Shown here piece by piece: positions 33,859 to 45,131 of a stretch of 64,000 bases of DNA; position 1 is the first letter of the stretch, and each line of letters begins with the position of its first letter. The DNA comes from Candidatus Eiseniibacteriota bacterium. GTDB lineage: Bacteria; Eisenbacteria; RBG-16-71-46; SZUA-252. The notes beneath the pieces were generated by a model. The model ran no database searches. It was not told the DNA's origin and saw only the letters and a list, made by a program, of their open reading frames with translations. A program made the translations under genes and the position numbers. The stretch covers positions 2,176,001 to 2,240,000 of the forward strand of contig OY969801.1 in assembly GCA_963703225.1 (NCBI GenBank). Reading direction: 5' to 3'.

Positions 33859-34625
33859 GGTCCCTCTCCGAGATAGGCCTCGATCACCTTGGGGTCGCGC
33901 CGGATTCGATCGGGGTCCCCTTCGGCGATCTTGACGCCGTAGTCGAGCACGGTGATCCGCTGGCAGATTCCCATCACGACCTTCATGTCGTGCTCGATCA
34001 GGAGTACGGTCAGATCGTAGAACTCCCGGGCATGATCGATGAGCTTCATCAGCGCCTGGGTTTCCTGCGGGTTGAGCCCCGCGGCCGGCTCGTCCAGAAG
34101 GAGCAGCCGCGGCTCCGCCGCGAGCGCCCGCGCGATCTCCAGGCGCCGCTGCTCCCCGTAGGGAAGATGGCGAGCGGTCTGGTCGCGATATTTCTCGAGC
34201 GCGAAGGTGTGCAGGAGCGCGTCCGAGCGCATGAGGATGTCGTTTTCCTCGTCGACCGACCGGGTCGTCGAGAGCACGCTGTCGATGAGCCCCACCCCCG
34301 CGTGGGTGTGGCAGGCGATCCGAACGTTGTCGAGGCAGGTCAGGTCGGCGAAGAGGCGCGGGCTTTGAAAGGTCCGCGCCACCCCGTGACGCGCGATGGT
34401 CGACGTGGCCTGCCCCTGGATCTGCCTTCCCTCGAAGACGATGGTCCCCCGGGACGGGGCGTAGACGCCGGTGATCAGATTGAACACGGTCGTCTTTCCC
34501 GCCCCGTTGGGGCCGATCAGCCCCGCCAGGATTCCCTGCGGGAGCGAGAGCTCGAGGTCCGAGACCGCCTTGAGGCCGCCAAACGTGCACGTGACGTTTC
34601 GCAGCTCGAGAAGCGCGTCGCTCAC
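33855..34625 (-). CDS. livG: Branched-chain amino acid ABC transporter ATPase
   Basis: [29 protein letters not shown]. Confidence 0.93.
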   Translation of the reverse strand: MSDALLELRNVTCTFGGLKAVSDLELSLPQGILAGLIGPNGAGKTTVFNLITGVYAPSRGTIVFEGRQIQGQATSTIARHGVARTFQSPRLFADLTCLDNVRIACHTHAGVGLIDSVLSTTRSVDEENDILMRSDALLHTFALEKYRDQTARHLPYGEQRRLEIARALAAEPRLLLLDEPAAGLNPQETQALMKLIDHAREFYDLTVLLIEHDMKVVMGICQRITVLDYGVKIAEGDPDRIRRDPKVIEAYLGEGP

Positions 34626-35629
34626 GGGTTCTCCGCCGCGGGCCGCCGGCCGAACCGTGCGAGCAACTTCCGAAGCGAGATCTCGCGCCGTCCCAAAATG
34701 CCCTGCGGGCGCGCGATCATCAGCACGATCAAGAGCAGCGAGTAGATGATGAGCCGCTCGGCGCTCGCGAAGCGGAGAGCCTCCGGGAGCGCGGTCAAGA
34801 GCGCCGCGCCGAGCAACGATCCGGAAAGGCTCCCCATCCCACCCAGCACCACCATCACGATGACCTCGATCGACTTCATGAACGTGAAGCTGTTGGTGTG
34901 GAGGTAGGTGTAGTGGGCGAACAAGGCCCCGGCGACACCGGCGAAGAAGGCCGCGATCACGAACGCGAACACCTTGTAGCGGGTCGTCGGGACGCCGAGG
35001 GCTTCGGCCGCGATCTCATCTTCGCGAATCGCGAGGAACGCCCGGCCGTGGTAGGAACGCATGAGGTTTCGGATGACCACGAAGGTCACGACCACGCCGC
35101 CGAGCACCCAGGCAAGATTGGTGCGGGCCGGAACGCCGGCAAAGCCGCGGGCCCCCCCGACGGCGTCGACGTTCAGGATCACGACCCGGATGATCTCGCC
35201 GAAGCCGAGGGTCACGATCGCCAGGTAGTCGCCGCGGAGCCGCATCGAGGGAAGACCCACCAAGAATCCCGCGGCGGCGCTGACCGCGCCTCCGACCAGG
35301 ATCGCGAGCAAGAACGGGCCCGCCGCCGCCAGGCCGCCCTCTCCGGTTTCGACTCCGAACAGCCGAGGAACGGCGTAGACGGTGAAGGCGGCCGACGTGT
35401 AGGCGCCCACGGCCATGAAGCCCGCGTGCCCGATCGAGAACTGCCCGGTGATCCCGTTTACGAGATTCAAGCTGAGCGCCAGAATGGCGTTCAGCCCACA
35501 GAGAACCAAAATTCTGTAGATGTAGGGGTTGACGGTCTGGACCAAGGCCCGGTCGATCGCCCAGACCGCGAGGATCGCGCCCGCGGTCCAGAGAAGGCGG
35601 AGCCCGAGCCTAAACCTTCTCCGCGACAT
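34622..35629 (-). CDS. livM: Branched-chain amino acid ABC transporter permease
   Basis: [33 protein letters not shown]. Confidence 0.92.
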   Translation of the reverse strand: MSRRRFRLGLRLLWTAGAILAVWAIDRALVQTVNPYIYRILVLCGLNAILALSLNLVNGITGQFSIGHAGFMAVGAYTSAAFTVYAVPRLFGVETGEGGLAAAGPFLLAILVGGAVSAAAGFLVGLPSMRLRGDYLAIVTLGFGEIIRVVILNVDAVGGARGFAGVPARTNLAWVLGGVVVTFVVIRNLMRSYHGRAFLAIREDEIAAEALGVPTTRYKVFAFVIAAFFAGVAGALFAHYTYLHTNSFTFMKSIEVIVMVVLGGMGSLSGSLLGAALLTALPEALRFASAERLIIYSLLLIVLMIARPQGILGRREISLRKLLARFGRRPAAENP

Positions 35630-36515
35630 TCCTGCCCAGAAGCCCGGCGGGCTTGATCAGAAGGACGAGGATCAGGATCACGAACGCGATCCCGTCCCGG
35701 TAGGTGGAGGAGATGTAGCCGACCACGAGGTACTCCGAGACCCCCATCAGCAATCCGCCGATCACAGCGCCTGGGATGCTCCCGATCCCTCCGAGCACCG
35801 CCGCGACAAACGCCTTGATCCCCGGCATGATGCCCATCAGGGGCTCAATCTTGGGATTGGTGAGCCCCACCAGGACGCCGGCCGCGGCCGCCAGCGCCGA
35901 TCCGATCGCGAACGTGATGGTGATGATCCGGTTGACCGGGATGCCCATGAGGCTCGCGGCGTCCCGGTTGAACGCCACGGCGCGCATCGCCTTTCCGGTC
36001 CGGGTCTTCTGGACGAACAGCGTGAGCGCCACCATGAGCAGAATGGAGACCAGCACCACGGTGATCTGGTGATTCGTGACCACGACCCCCTGGATCAGCT
36101 CCACCCGCCGTGGCGCGATCAGCTGCGGGAAAAACTTGGGATCGGCGCCGAAAATGCGGATGCCGAGGTTCTCCAGGAGGAGGGAAACCCCGATCGCCGT
36201 GATCAGCGCGGTGAGGCGGGAAGAGCGCCGGACCGGCCGGTACGCGAAGAACTCGATGGCCATCCCGAGGAGGGCGCAGATGACCATCGCACCGAGGAGG
36301 ACCAGGAGCGCCGCGAGCGGCGAGGCGTTCACCCCCCCGGCGCCGGTCCAGAGCGCCAAGAAATAGGCCGCGAAGGCCCCCACCATGTAGATGTCGCCGT
36401 GCGCGAAGTTGATGAGGCGGAGGATCCCGTAGACCATCGTGTAGCCGAGCGCGATCAGGGCGTAGATGCTCCCCCACGCGATCCCGTTCGCCAGCTGCTG
36501 GAGAAGCTCCTGCAC
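35610..36515 (-). CDS. livH: Branched-chain amino acid ABC transporter permease
   Basis: YALIALGYTMVYGI..INFAHG, KAFVAAVLGGIG. Confidence 0.93.
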   Translation of the reverse strand: MQELLQQLANGIAWGSIYALIALGYTMVYGILRLINFAHGDIYMVGAFAAYFLALWTGAGGVNASPLAALLVLLGAMVICALLGMAIEFFAYRPVRRSSRLTALITAIGVSLLLENLGIRIFGADPKFFPQLIAPRRVELIQGVVVTNHQITVVLVSILLMVALTLFVQKTRTGKAMRAVAFNRDAASLMGIPVNRIITITFAIGSALAAAAGVLVGLTNPKIEPLMGIMPGIKAFVAAVLGGIGSIPGAVIGGLLMGVSEYLVVGYISSTYRDGIAFVILILVLLIKPAGLLGRNVAEKV

Positions 36516-36543
36516 GTGGGGGGCGGGCTCTTCCGAGGTCGGT

Positions 36544-37738
36544 CTAGGGCTCGACCGCCGCCTTGAACTTGTACGCTCGGTTCTCGATGCCGAGAAATAC
36601 CGCCGGCTTGACCGCGTTTCGCGACGCGTCGAGCGAGATTCGTCCGGTGACACCCGGGAAGTCCTTGGTTGCCGCGATGATGTCGCGAAGCTTGGCGCGC
36701 GCCGCCTTCTGCTTCTCCGACCGGGCGCCGCAGAGCTCCCTGAATGCGGCCGGATCTTCCTGGCGCAAGCGATCCAGGGCGTTGGTCAGCACGCCCGCGG
36801 CGTCGTAGGCGAGCGCGGCGAGCCCGTCCGGGCTCGCGTTGTATCGCGCGCGATACTCCTTCACGAATTTCTGGATCGCCGGATTGGGATCCTGGTCCCA
36901 GTAGTGGTTCACGAAGTAGGAGCCGTTCAGGGCGTCCTGCGGCGATCTCGAGCAGGCGATCGGAAACCCATCCGTCCCCACCCAGGAACGGAACGTCGAG
37001 CCCCAGCTCACGAGCCTGCCGCGCGATCAATCCCACCTCGGTGTAGTACCCCGGCACCATCAGGAACTGCGGATGCTTCGACTTGATGACCGTGAGCTGC
37101 GCCTTGAAATCCTGATCGCCTTCGGAGTAGGCCTCGTCCGCCACGATGGTTCCACCCAGGGCCTGGAACGCCTGGGAGAAGTAGTTCGCGAGCCCGACGC
37201 TGTAGTCGTTCTTGTTGTCCCGGAAGACCGCCGCCTTGGTGAACCCGAGGGTGCTCCGCCCGAACTTGGCGATCATCTGGCCCTGGAACGGGTCGATGAA
37301 GCAGACGCGGGAGATGTAATCCCCCAGCTCGGTCACCTTGGGGTTGGTCGAGGAAGGGGTGATCATGGGGACGCCCGCCTTCTGGCAGATGGGAGCCGCC
37401 GCCATGCTCCGGCTGGACGCGACCTCTCCCAGAACCGCGATCACGCCGTCCTGATCCACCAGCTTGTTCACCGCAGTCGCCGCCTCTTCCGGCTTGGATT
37501 GGTCGTCTTCGACGATCACGCGAACCTTGACGCCGCCGATCCCGCCGCCGGCGTTGACGTTGTCCATGTAGAGCTCGATCCCATTCTTGGTCGAGGTCCC
37601 GAACGTGGCGGTTGTTCCCGTCAGCGAGCCGTACTCGCCGATGACGATCTCGTTTTGGCGCTTGGCGCAGCCCAGGAACAGGGCCGAGACAGCCGCGAGG
37701 GCGATTACCGCGCGATAGGCCATCCGATGCCGGATCAT
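36544..37738 (-). CDS. Branched-chain amino acid ABC substrate-binding lipoprotein (LivK/J-like), frameshifted near 36941
   Basis: Lipobox LGC, EDDQSKPEEA, STNPKVT, RVCFIDPFQG, FPGVTG. Confidence 0.88.
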
Positions 37739-37803
37739 CCTCGATCCTCCATGGCGTAAGTGTTTGATAACCCAGGGACTTTCATGCGTGTCGACCCGGC
37801 GCC

Positions 37804-37832
37804 ACCCTAGCCGATCGACTCCCCGGTTTCAA
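37804..37832 (-). promoter_or_regulatory. Putative sigma70 promoter of the liv operon
   Basis: TTGAAA-N17-TAGGGT. Confidence 0.45.
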
Positions 37833-39325
37833 GGCTCAACCGGCGCTTCCTCGAGGGGAACCGCCTTCCCAGAGCGGATCACGAGCCGCTCGGGATAAGC
37901 TGGAACGACCGGGCGGAGCGCGCGCAGCGTGCGGCCTTCGTCCGTTTCGTAGACCTGGCTCCGGAGTGCCTGGCGAAGCTGCGACGCGGTGACGCATCCA
38001 GACTCGATCGCCCGGTTGATCGCCAGCCCGCTCAAGTAACCCCGGACCGACATGCGGGTGGGCGAGTCCTTGAACGTCCGCTCATATCGCGTTTGGAACG
38101 AATCGCGCGGCGCGCCGTCGAGCGCGTAGTCGCCCATGAAGATCACGGCCCCTTCCAGGCCGTCCCGTCCCTCCGGATTCAGCCCGTCCGGGTCGAGCGA
38201 TTGGAACCCAAACACACGGGCGCGGGGCGGGGGCCAGGCCGACGCGAGCTGGGCGCCCACGTTTCCCATCAAGCGCGGCGACCCCACAAGAACGAGCGCC
38301 GTGGGTCGGAGCGCGCGGAGATTCTGAAGCGGCTTGGTCACGTCGGCCTCGTCCTCGGCCACCCGCTCGATTCCAAGGACCCGCACCGCCGCGAAGTCGC
38401 ACGCCGCGGCGACGTCGGCGGCCTGGACGGAGTCCTCCTCCGTCCGGGCGGCGAGGATGGCGATCGAGGAGTGAGGCGATTCCCCAGCGAGATGGCGCGC
38501 GAGGGCCGCCGCCGTCGCGCTCGGGCCGATGTGAAGCTGGAAGACCCCGTCGCCAAGAATCGCGAGCCGCTCGTTCGTGGCCGAAGGGGAGATGAGGATC
38601 GCGCCCAGGACCTGCGTGGCGGCCGCGAGCGGCGCGGTGTTGACACTGAAGATCTCGCCGACCAACACCGAAACACCGTGGTCTTTCAATAGCCAGCGCG
38701 ATTTCCGCGCTCCGACCAGAGGATCTCCCTCCGAATCGTGGAGAATCAGGTGGAGCGTCGGGGCCCACTCACGGTTGTGCTCGTCCAGCGCGAGGCGAAA
38801 GCCGTTCACAAAGGTCTTGCCGAAGCGTTCGTAGCGCCCGGTGAGCGGGACCACCACGCCGATCCGGGTGAGGCCCTGCGCCGCGCGCTTGATCGCGACC
38901 GAATCGAGCGGGCAGTCACCCATCCCTTCCACGATCGACTGGAGTTTCTTCCGCTCCGCGCCTGTCGGCCCGACGGCGAGCCCGACCCGGGCGGCCCAGG
39001 AGCGCTCGGCGGCCCGCGTCATCGGATCGAACCTGGACACTTCGGGGGTCGAGGCGTACTCGATCGCCCACCCCGCGACGGCCGGGTCTTTGGGATGCTC
39101 CAAGATCCGGGCCTTCAGCTCCCCAGCCCGATTTCCCGGGTATCGTTTGGTCGGCGTCGCACGCGCCGTCGAGTCGGATCGCGCGGCGGGGGCGCCGGGC
39201 GCGGTCTCCCCGCCGGTCAGAACGCCCGCCATCGCGGCCGCGCACAGGAGGACAAGGATTGTCGCCGGCGCGCGCCGCCGCGCGTCGGGATGGCGGCCTG
39301 TCCGCGACAGACTAGCGCGCGCCAT
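37829..39325 (-). CDS. Periplasmic binding protein type-1 fold protein (LppC/LpoA-like)
   Basis: Signal/TM segment, RIGVVVPLTG..FG..GF.LA, DSEGDP, ISPSAT. Confidence 0.65.
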   Translation of the reverse strand: MARASLSRTGRHPDARRRAPATILVLLCAAAMAGVLTGGETAPGAPAARSDSTARATPTKRYPGNRAGELKARILEHPKDPAVAGWAIEYASTPEVSRFDPMTRAAERSWAARVGLAVGPTGAERKKLQSIVEGMGDCPLDSVAIKRAAQGLTRIGVVVPLTGRYERFGKTFVNGFRLALDEHNREWAPTLHLILHDSEGDPLVGARKSRWLLKDHGVSVLVGEIFSVNTAPLAAATQVLGAILISPSATNERLAILGDGVFQLHIGPSATAAALARHLAGESPHSSIAILAARTEEDSVQAADVAAACDFAAVRVLGIERVAEDEADVTKPLQNLRALRPTALVLVGSPRLMGNVGAQLASAWPPPRARVFGFQSLDPDGLNPEGRDGLEGAVIFMGDYALDGAPRDSFQTRYERTFKDSPTRMSVRGYLSGLAINRAIESGCVTASQLRQALRSQVYETDEGRTLRALRPVVPAYPERLVIRSGKAVPLEEAPVEP

Positions 39326-39833
39326 GGAGGGCCGCGTGCTCCAGCGCCAGCTGGACGTAGTGATCGGCGGATTGGCGGAGTCGCTGATGGATCTCCGGTG
39401 GGATGGGACCGCGTACCACACCGGGGACCCCCGCGACGAAGGAGCGGGGCGGCACGATCGTTCCCTCCCGCACCACGCACCCCGCCGCGACCAGCGATTC
39501 CTCGCCGATCTCGGAATCGTCGAGCACGATCGCCCCCATGCCGATCAAGCACCGGTCGTGGATCGTGGCGCCGTGGAGGATTGCCCGATGGCCGGCCGTC
39601 ACCTCTCGCCCCACCGATAGCCCCGATCTCCCCGTCGTCGTGTGGAGGATGCAGCCGTCCTGGATGTTGGTGCGGGCGCCGATCACGATCGGCCCCACGT
39701 CCCCCCGGAGGACCGACCCGTACCAGACGGACGCCTCTTCCCCCAATACGACGTCGCCCACCACGAGAGCGGTGGGCGCGACAAAAGCGGAGGCCGGCAC
39801 GATCGGCGTCCGACCGCGGAGAGATGCGATCAC
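39312..39833 (-). CDS. Gamma carbonic anhydrase family protein (YrdA-like)
   Basis: LRGDV, TNIQDG..LH, GHRAILHG, IGMGAIV hexapeptide repeats. Confidence 0.92.
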   Translation of the reverse strand: MIASLRGRTPIVPASAFVAPTALVVGDVVLGEEASVWYGSVLRGDVGPIVIGARTNIQDGCILHTTTGRSGLSVGREVTAGHRAILHGATIHDRCLIGMGAIVLDDSEIGEESLVAAGCVVREGTIVPPRSFVAGVPGVVRGPIPPEIHQRLRQSADHYVQLALEHAALHGAR

Positions 39834-39858
39834 GCGCCCTGCCGAGCGGGCGACGCGA

Positions 39859-40374
39859 CTAGAGCTCCTCGGGGTTCCACTTTCCGAAATCCTCCGGGTT
39901 CATCTCTTCGAGATAGCGGCGCAGCTCCTCCGCCTTTTCCTCGGGGGATTTCTCGGGAGGCGTCGCGGCGCCGGGCTGGCGAGCCGATTTCTGGAACACC
40001 GCGTCCACGACGAAGATCGGCACGCGGGTGCGGAGCGCGACGGCGATCGAATCGCTGGGACGCGCGTCGACCGGAACCGCGCCATTGCCGCCGTCCAAAT
40101 AGATGTTGGCGAAGAAGGTGGTGTCCTTGAGGTCGGTGATCACGACGCGCGAAACCTTCGCCTTGAGCGACTCGATGACGCTCACCAGAAGGTCGTGCGT
40201 GAGGGGCCGCTGGTATCGCTTCCCGACCAGCTCCATGTGGATCGCGGTCGCTTCGTTCGGCCCGATCCAGATCGGGAGCACGCGATTCCCCTCGATCTCT
40301 TGAAGAATGACGACCGGGCTCTTGGATCGCTCGTCGATGGCCAGGCCGCCCACGCGTACGGGGATCATGCTCAT
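39859..40374 (-). CDS. Bifunctional nuclease family protein (DUF151)
   Basis: LPIWIG..EA.AI, RPLTHDL, DARPSDSIA. Confidence 0.92.
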   Translation of the reverse strand: MSMIPVRVGGLAIDERSKSPVVILQEIEGNRVLPIWIGPNEATAIHMELVGKRYQRPLTHDLLVSVIESLKAKVSRVVITDLKDTTFFANIYLDGGNGAVPVDARPSDSIAVALRTRVPIFVVDAVFQKSARQPGAATPPEKSPEEKAEELRRYLEEMNPEDFGKWNPEEL

Positions 40375-40379
40375 GGCCG

Positions 40380-41735
40380 CTACTGCGATCCCTCCGTTGC
40401 ACCCGTCTTTCCGGAATCGGGGGCCGCCGGCGTCCCTCCGTTACCGCCCGGTCCCTCTTCTTCGTCGAGCTCGGGCGCCGGTTTTTCCATGTTGTCGATC
40501 ATCCACTTCGCGGATCCGGCGAGATCGGAGTCCGGATGCTCCTTCAGGAACTTCTCGAACTCATCGCGCGCGAGCTCATACTCGCCCAGTTCCTCCGCGT
40601 AGGTGAAGCCTATCATGAACTGAGCCTGGATCGAGACGCGTTCCTGGGGGTAGCGTTGGATCAAAGAGCGGTAGAGATCAATCCGCTCGAGCGGCGTGAC
40701 CGCCGCCTGCGCTTCCTTGAAAAAGTCTTCGGCGGTCTTTCCGGGCGAGAGCGCGACACGGATCGAGTCGTCGAAGATGGTCGCCTCCTTCATCATCGAA
40801 TCCGTGAGGGCCTTTCCGTATTGCTCGCGCTGATCGGAGCGGAGCCTCGAGGCGATCCGCGGCCGCACCGACTCGATCGGTTGAGCCGTCTTCTCCTCGC
40901 GGGTCTCGACGCGGATCAGGTGCCAGCTCTTCGGGCCCTTCAAGGGCTGGCTCGCTTGATCGATCGGGAGCGCGTACGCCGCCGCCACGATCGTCGGCGC
41001 CTTTCCAATTCCGGGCACGAGGTCGGTGTCCCGCACGACCCATCCCAGAAGGCCGCCCGTCCCGCGGGTGGCCTGATCGGTGGAGTACTTGGCGCAGGTG
41101 GCGTCCCACAGCGCTCCCTTGACGAGCGCGCGGCGAACCTCGGCCGCCTTGGCCTTCGTGGCGAGCTGAATGTGCCGCACGCGGGCGCGGGCGGGGATGG
41201 CGAACTCCTGAGCATGGGAGTCGTAGTAGCTCTGGATCGCCGAATCGGGGACCGCCGGCAGCGCCGAGGTCTTCCAATCGTAGAAGCGCCGGATCAGAAG
41301 GTCCCTGGCCGACTGCTGGAGCGAGGCCTGGTAGAGGGAATCCTTCTCGAGCCCGGCCTTTTGGGCGGCGTCGTACATCGCCTCCTGCATCACCACGCGC
41401 GACACCACGTCGCGATACCCGTCGGGTTGGCGAAGCTGAGTCTGAAGCCCGGCCGGTGCCGTGGCGATGAGGGAATCGATCTCATGGCGCGTGATCTTCC
41501 GCGAACCCACCACGGCCACGATCGGACCCAACGTGTCGGGTTGGGCGGGATGCCAGACGCGCGAGCCGGAGGGCCCGCCCGCCCGGGACGCGGCGCCGTT
41601 TCCGTCGGCCGGCTTGGGCCCCTTGGAGCAGCCGGCCATGGCCAGAAGAAGAAGGGAGCCAATCGCGGCGGCCGCACCCCAGCGCGAGGCCGCGGCGCAG
41701 CGCCTGGTACCGTTCGGGGCGTGGGCGGAGTTCAT
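40380..41735 (-). CDS. PpiC/parvulin peptidyl-prolyl isomerase lipoprotein with C-terminal TPR
   Basis: Lipobox AGC, RVRHI, YSTD..GGLLGW, WHLI; TPR-like AQFMIGFTY..F.KFLKEHPDS. Confidence 0.85.
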   Translation of the reverse strand: MNSAHAPNGTRRCAAASRWGAAAAIGSLLLLAMAGCSKGPKPADGNGAASRAGGPSGSRVWHPAQPDTLGPIVAVVGSRKITRHEIDSLIATAPAGLQTQLRQPDGYRDVVSRVVMQEAMYDAAQKAGLEKDSLYQASLQQSARDLLIRRFYDWKTSALPAVPDSAIQSYYDSHAQEFAIPARARVRHIQLATKAKAAEVRRALVKGALWDATCAKYSTDQATRGTGGLLGWVVRDTDLVPGIGKAPTIVAAAYALPIDQASQPLKGPKSWHLIRVETREEKTAQPIESVRPRIASRLRSDQREQYGKALTDSMMKEATIFDDSIRVALSPGKTAEDFFKEAQAAVTPLERIDLYRSLIQRYPQERVSIQAQFMIGFTYAEELGEYELARDEFEKFLKEHPDSDLAGSAKWMIDNMEKPAPELDEEEGPGGNGGTPAAPDSGKTGATEGSQ

Positions 41736-42175
41736 TTCCGTACGACCCACACCTTCACGGGCGCCTCGACGTCCTGGAAGAGATGGACAGGCACTTCGAA
41801 CACGCCGAGTGCCTTGAGCGGCTCGGCGAGCCGAATGTTCTTTCGCTCGATCGCGAAGCCTTCCGCCTTCAGCGCGTCCTGGATGTCCACCACCGTCACC
41901 GAGCCGTAGAGCTGGTCCTCTTCCCCGACCTGCGCGCTGAACTGGAGCGAGACCGCGGCCAGACGGTTCCGGAGCGCCTCCGCGGCCTGGCGCTGCTTCT
42001 GCTCCAGGGAGACCCGCGCCCGCTCTCGATCCTTGAAGACCGCCTGGGAGTTTCCGACCGCGGCGATCGCCTTCTTGCGGGGAAGCAGAAAGTTGCGGGC
42101 ATACCCGTCCGCGACGCGCACCGAAGCGCCCCGCTTTCCGAGCCCGCCGATGTCTTCGAGAAGAATGACCTCCAT
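41732..42175 (-). CDS. rplI: 50S ribosomal protein L9
   Basis: MEVILLEDI..LG..VADGYARNFLLP, LYGSVT. Confidence 0.97.
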   Translation of the reverse strand: MEVILLEDIGGLGKRGASVRVADGYARNFLLPRKKAIAAVGNSQAVFKDRERARVSLEQKQRQAAEALRNRLAAVSLQFSAQVGEEDQLYGSVTVVDIQDALKAEGFAIERKNIRLAEPLKALGVFEVPVHLFQDVEAPVKVWVVRK

Positions 42176-42184
42176 CGTCCCTCC

Positions 42185-43174
42185 TTAGGTATCGTCGCCG
42201 CCCTGGCCGAGCGGGTCGCTGGGACCCGGGACGGCGCGGCGGCGGAAATCGTACCACGCGTCGAAAAAGCCGATTCCCAGGAACGCGAACACGAGAACCG
42301 GCATCAAAAGAATGAGAATCAGGATCGCGGCCTGAATCATCCAGCGAAGCTGGAACGCGATCGACATGAATCGCGCCACCGCGAATCCCTGAATGGTGTA
42401 GGCCACCGCGAGCGGGAACGCGAGATTCACCCCCGCTTCCACCGCCGGTTTCCATCGCGTCACGATCAGGACCAGCGCGAGGGCCACGGCCCACGCCCCG
42501 GCCGGGTGCACCCTCCAGGTCGAGAATTCCCCGAACGAGGGGAATCCCTCCTCGTCCTGGAAGAGGACCGAGGCGAGCCAGCAGTTGATCGCCATCACGA
42601 GCACCCACTTGATCGCGAAGAGCGACGGCAGGAGCAGCGTCCAGATCTTTCCTGTCTGCTCCAGCGCCCGCTCAAAATCGGCCGCCGAGAGCCCGAGCGT
42701 CTGCGAGACGCGATGCTCGCTCTCCAGGCGGCGCACTTCCTCGATCCGTAGCGCCAGAACGTGGCTCAACTCGTCGAGCCCGCCGAAGATGAGGTAGGCG
42801 GCTCCGACGGCCAGGACCGGCGACGCCGAGAGCACGAGCGCCGTCGAGGCCCGCACGCCCCGGCGCGCGCAGGCCGCGAGGCAGAGCCCCGATGCCGCGA
42901 GGACCGCGACGAAGAAAAGGCGCGACGGCTCCTGGAGCCCCGCGGCATAGACCGCGCCGAGCGTCGCCGTGGCCGCGAGCGCCCCAAGCAGGAGGCCGAC
43001 ACGACGCGCGAGCCAGAGAATGCCCACCGGGAGAAGGCCGTATCCCCACGGGATCGGGGCCGGCACGTCGCTCGATGCGGCGGCGATCAGCCCCGCGCCG
43101 AGGAGAAGCGCGCCGAGAGCGCGGACGGCCTCCAGTGGGGCGGCCGGCCGGCCCGAATCAGCGGTATTGCTCAC
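42185..43174 (-). CDS. DUF2232/YybS-like membrane protein
   Basis: Multi-TM protein, [15 protein letters not shown]; typical position between rpsR and rplI. Confidence 0.8.
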   Translation of the reverse strand: MSNTADSGRPAAPLEAVRALGALLLGAGLIAAASSDVPAPIPWGYGLLPVGILWLARRVGLLLGALAATATLGAVYAAGLQEPSRLFFVAVLAASGLCLAACARRGVRASTALVLSASPVLAVGAAYLIFGGLDELSHVLALRIEEVRRLESEHRVSQTLGLSAADFERALEQTGKIWTLLLPSLFAIKWVLVMAINCWLASVLFQDEEGFPSFGEFSTWRVHPAGAWAVALALVLIVTRWKPAVEAGVNLAFPLAVAYTIQGFAVARFMSIAFQLRWMIQAAILILILLMPVLVFAFLGIGFFDAWYDFRRRAVPGPSDPLGQGGDDT

Positions 43175-43400
43175 TGGTGAACGGCAGGAGCGCCAGGATG
43201 CGCGCGCGCTTCACGGCCTCGGTGATCTGCGCCTGATGGCGGGCGCAGGTGCCCGAGATGCGCCGCGGCACGATCTTTCCGCGGTCGGTGATGAACCGCG
43301 TGAGCCGCCGGTCATCCTTGTAATCGATCCGATCCACCTTGTCGAAGCAGAGCTTGCAGAACTTGCGTCGAAACGATCTAGGTTCGCCGTCGCGAGCCAT
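43158..43400 (-). CDS. rpsR: 30S ribosomal protein S18 (zinc-ligand form)
   Basis: [34 protein letters not shown]. Confidence 0.97.
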   Translation of the reverse strand: MARDGEPRSFRRKFCKLCFDKVDRIDYKDDRRLTRFITDRGKIVPRRISGTCARHQAQITEAVKRARILALLPFTSEQYR

Positions 43401-43460
43401 TCACACCTCCTATGATTCGGTTGTTTCGATTGGCACAGAACGAAACGCCGCGCCCGGCGT

Positions 43461-43835
43461 TTACTCGATGACCGCGGGGGCGGCCATCGCCGGCCGCTCC
43501 GCCCCTTCCTCGGGGCCCTTGACGGCCCCTTCGGGGGGCTTGGGCGATTCCTTGGGCGCGACGATCGTGAGATGCCGGAGCACGCTCTCGTTGAGCCGGA
43601 AGCGCCGGTCCATCTCGGCGATCAACTCCGGCGGGCTCTTGTGCTTGACGTGGACGTAGGTGCCGTCCCGCCGCTTCCGGATGACGTAGGCGAGCTTGCG
43701 CTTTCCCCAGCGCTGCACTTCGATCACCTCGCCGCCGGCCTGGGCGATGGGCTGGGTGACCCGCTCCACCTCCTCGTTCACCCGCGCCTCCTCGAGGCTC
43801 GGGTCGAAGATTACGGTCGTCTCGTACAGTTTCAT
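43461..43835 (-). CDS. rpsF: 30S ribosomal protein S6
   Basis: YETTVIFDP, WGKRKLAY.I, VLRH. Confidence 0.96.
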   Translation of the reverse strand: MKLYETTVIFDPSLEEARVNEEVERVTQPIAQAGGEVIEVQRWGKRKLAYVIRKRRDGTYVHVKHKSPPELIAEMDRRFRLNESVLRHLTIVAPKESPKPPEGAVKGPEEGAERPAMAAPAVIE

Positions 43836-43842
43836 CGTTTCC

Positions 43843-44421
43843 TCACTCTTCCGTGGTATCGCGACCGAACCGGTTCCACCGGTTCATCGCCTGGGTCAAC
43901 CCGAGCGCGGCCGCGTCGAACGCGCAGTCCGCCGCGGCCTCGATCACTACGTTGAGGCTCTCCCGCTCCGCATCCTGAAACGGCGAGAGCACGAACTCCG
44001 GCAGATCCGCCGACGGCGGCGCCGGTCCGACACCGATCCGGAGCCTCGGAAATTCCGTGGACCCGGTGGCTTCCACAATCGACTCGAGGCCCTGGTGGCC
44101 GCCCGCGCCGCCGCCCGCGCGGAGCCTCAAGGTCCCGAGCGGGAGGTAGACATCGTCGTACACGACCAGGATTTCCTGTGCGATCCAGCCATCGGCGAGC
44201 AGATCGCGGATCGCCGCCCCGCTCCGATTCATGTACTGCTGCGGCTTCACGAGACGCACCGTGTGCCGCCCGGCTCTCCCCTCCGCTCGCAGGGTGCCGG
44301 CCCCCCGGGACCAGCCCGAGAAACGTCCCAGGCGCCCGACCAGCGCGTCCACCGCCATGAAGCCGGCATTGTGGCGCGTGCCCTCGTATTCCCCGCCGGG
44401 GTTCCCGAGGCCGACGACCAC
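43843..44421 (-). CDS. pth: Peptidyl-tRNA hydrolase
   Basis: VGLGNPG..Y..TRHNAGF, KPQQYMNRSG, GGHQGL, RLRIGVG. Confidence 0.95.
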   Translation of the reverse strand: MVVGLGNPGGEYEGTRHNAGFMAVDALVGRLGRFSGWSRGAGTLRAEGRAGRHTVRLVKPQQYMNRSGAAIRDLLADGWIAQEILVVYDDVYLPLGTLRLRAGGGAGGHQGLESIVEATGSTEFPRLRIGVGPAPPSADLPEFVLSPFQDAERESLNVVIEAAADCAFDAAALGLTQAMNRWNRFGRDTTEE

Positions 44422-44431
44422 CTTGGCCTCG

Positions 44432-45100
44432 CTAACCTTCCTTGCCTCCCTCCGCTTCCGGTTCCTCTTCCTTCTTCTCCTTCACCAGCTCGGGCTCCGC
44501 CGGGGCTGCTTCCTCCGCCGGCTTCACTTCCTCGAGAATCGTCGGCGGCACGACGGCCGCGATCGCGCGGTCCGCATCGGTCTTGATGACGACCCGTTCC
44601 GCCTTGATGTCGCTCACGTGGAGCGAGTCGCCAATGTTGAGCGCGCTCACCTCCACCTCCAGCCGCGACGGGATGTCCGCAGGCAGACACTCCACTTCCA
44701 CTTCGCGGAGCAAGTGCTCGAGAATTCCCCCGCCGTCTTTGACGCCGATCGGGGTGCCGATGAGGACGATCGGAACCTCGACGATGATCCGTTCGGTGAG
44801 CGAGATGTGCTGGAGATCCAGGTGCAGGATGACCCCCGCGACCGGGTCGCGCTGGATCTCGCGGATCAGCGCCTTCCGATCCGACCCGGCGTCTCCCTCC
44901 ACCTTGAGATCGACGATGACGTTGGACCCCTCCGCCCGGCCGATGACCTCCTCCAGCTCGCGGAGGCCCACGATGAGGGGAATCGGGTCCTCGCCCCGAC
45001 CGTAGTAGACGGCGGGTATCCGACCCGCCTGTCGGAGCTTTCTCGCGACGCCTTTGCCGACGTCCGACCGGCGCGCGCTCTTCAGCGATAACATGGCCAT
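44432..45100 (-). CDS. rplY: 50S ribosomal protein L25/CTC
   Basis: GK..ARKLR..GRIPAVYYG, IQRDP, GVKDGG. Confidence 0.95.
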   Translation of the reverse strand: MAMLSLKSARRSDVGKGVARKLRQAGRIPAVYYGRGEDPIPLIVGLRELEEVIGRAEGSNVIVDLKVEGDAGSDRKALIREIQRDPVAGVILHLDLQHISLTERIIVEVPIVLIGTPIGVKDGGGILEHLLREVEVECLPADIPSRLEVEVSALNIGDSLHVSDIKAERVVIKTDADRAIAAVVPPTILEEVKPAEEAAPAEPELVKEKKEEEPEAEGGKEG

Positions 45101-45131
45101 GGTGCTGCTTCCTCCATTTTGCTTCCGCGTG

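Noticed and set aside
43401..43460. Missing ssb/priB between rpsF and rpsR
   Set aside because: This is a common lineage variation, and no remnant is visible in the 60-bp gap.
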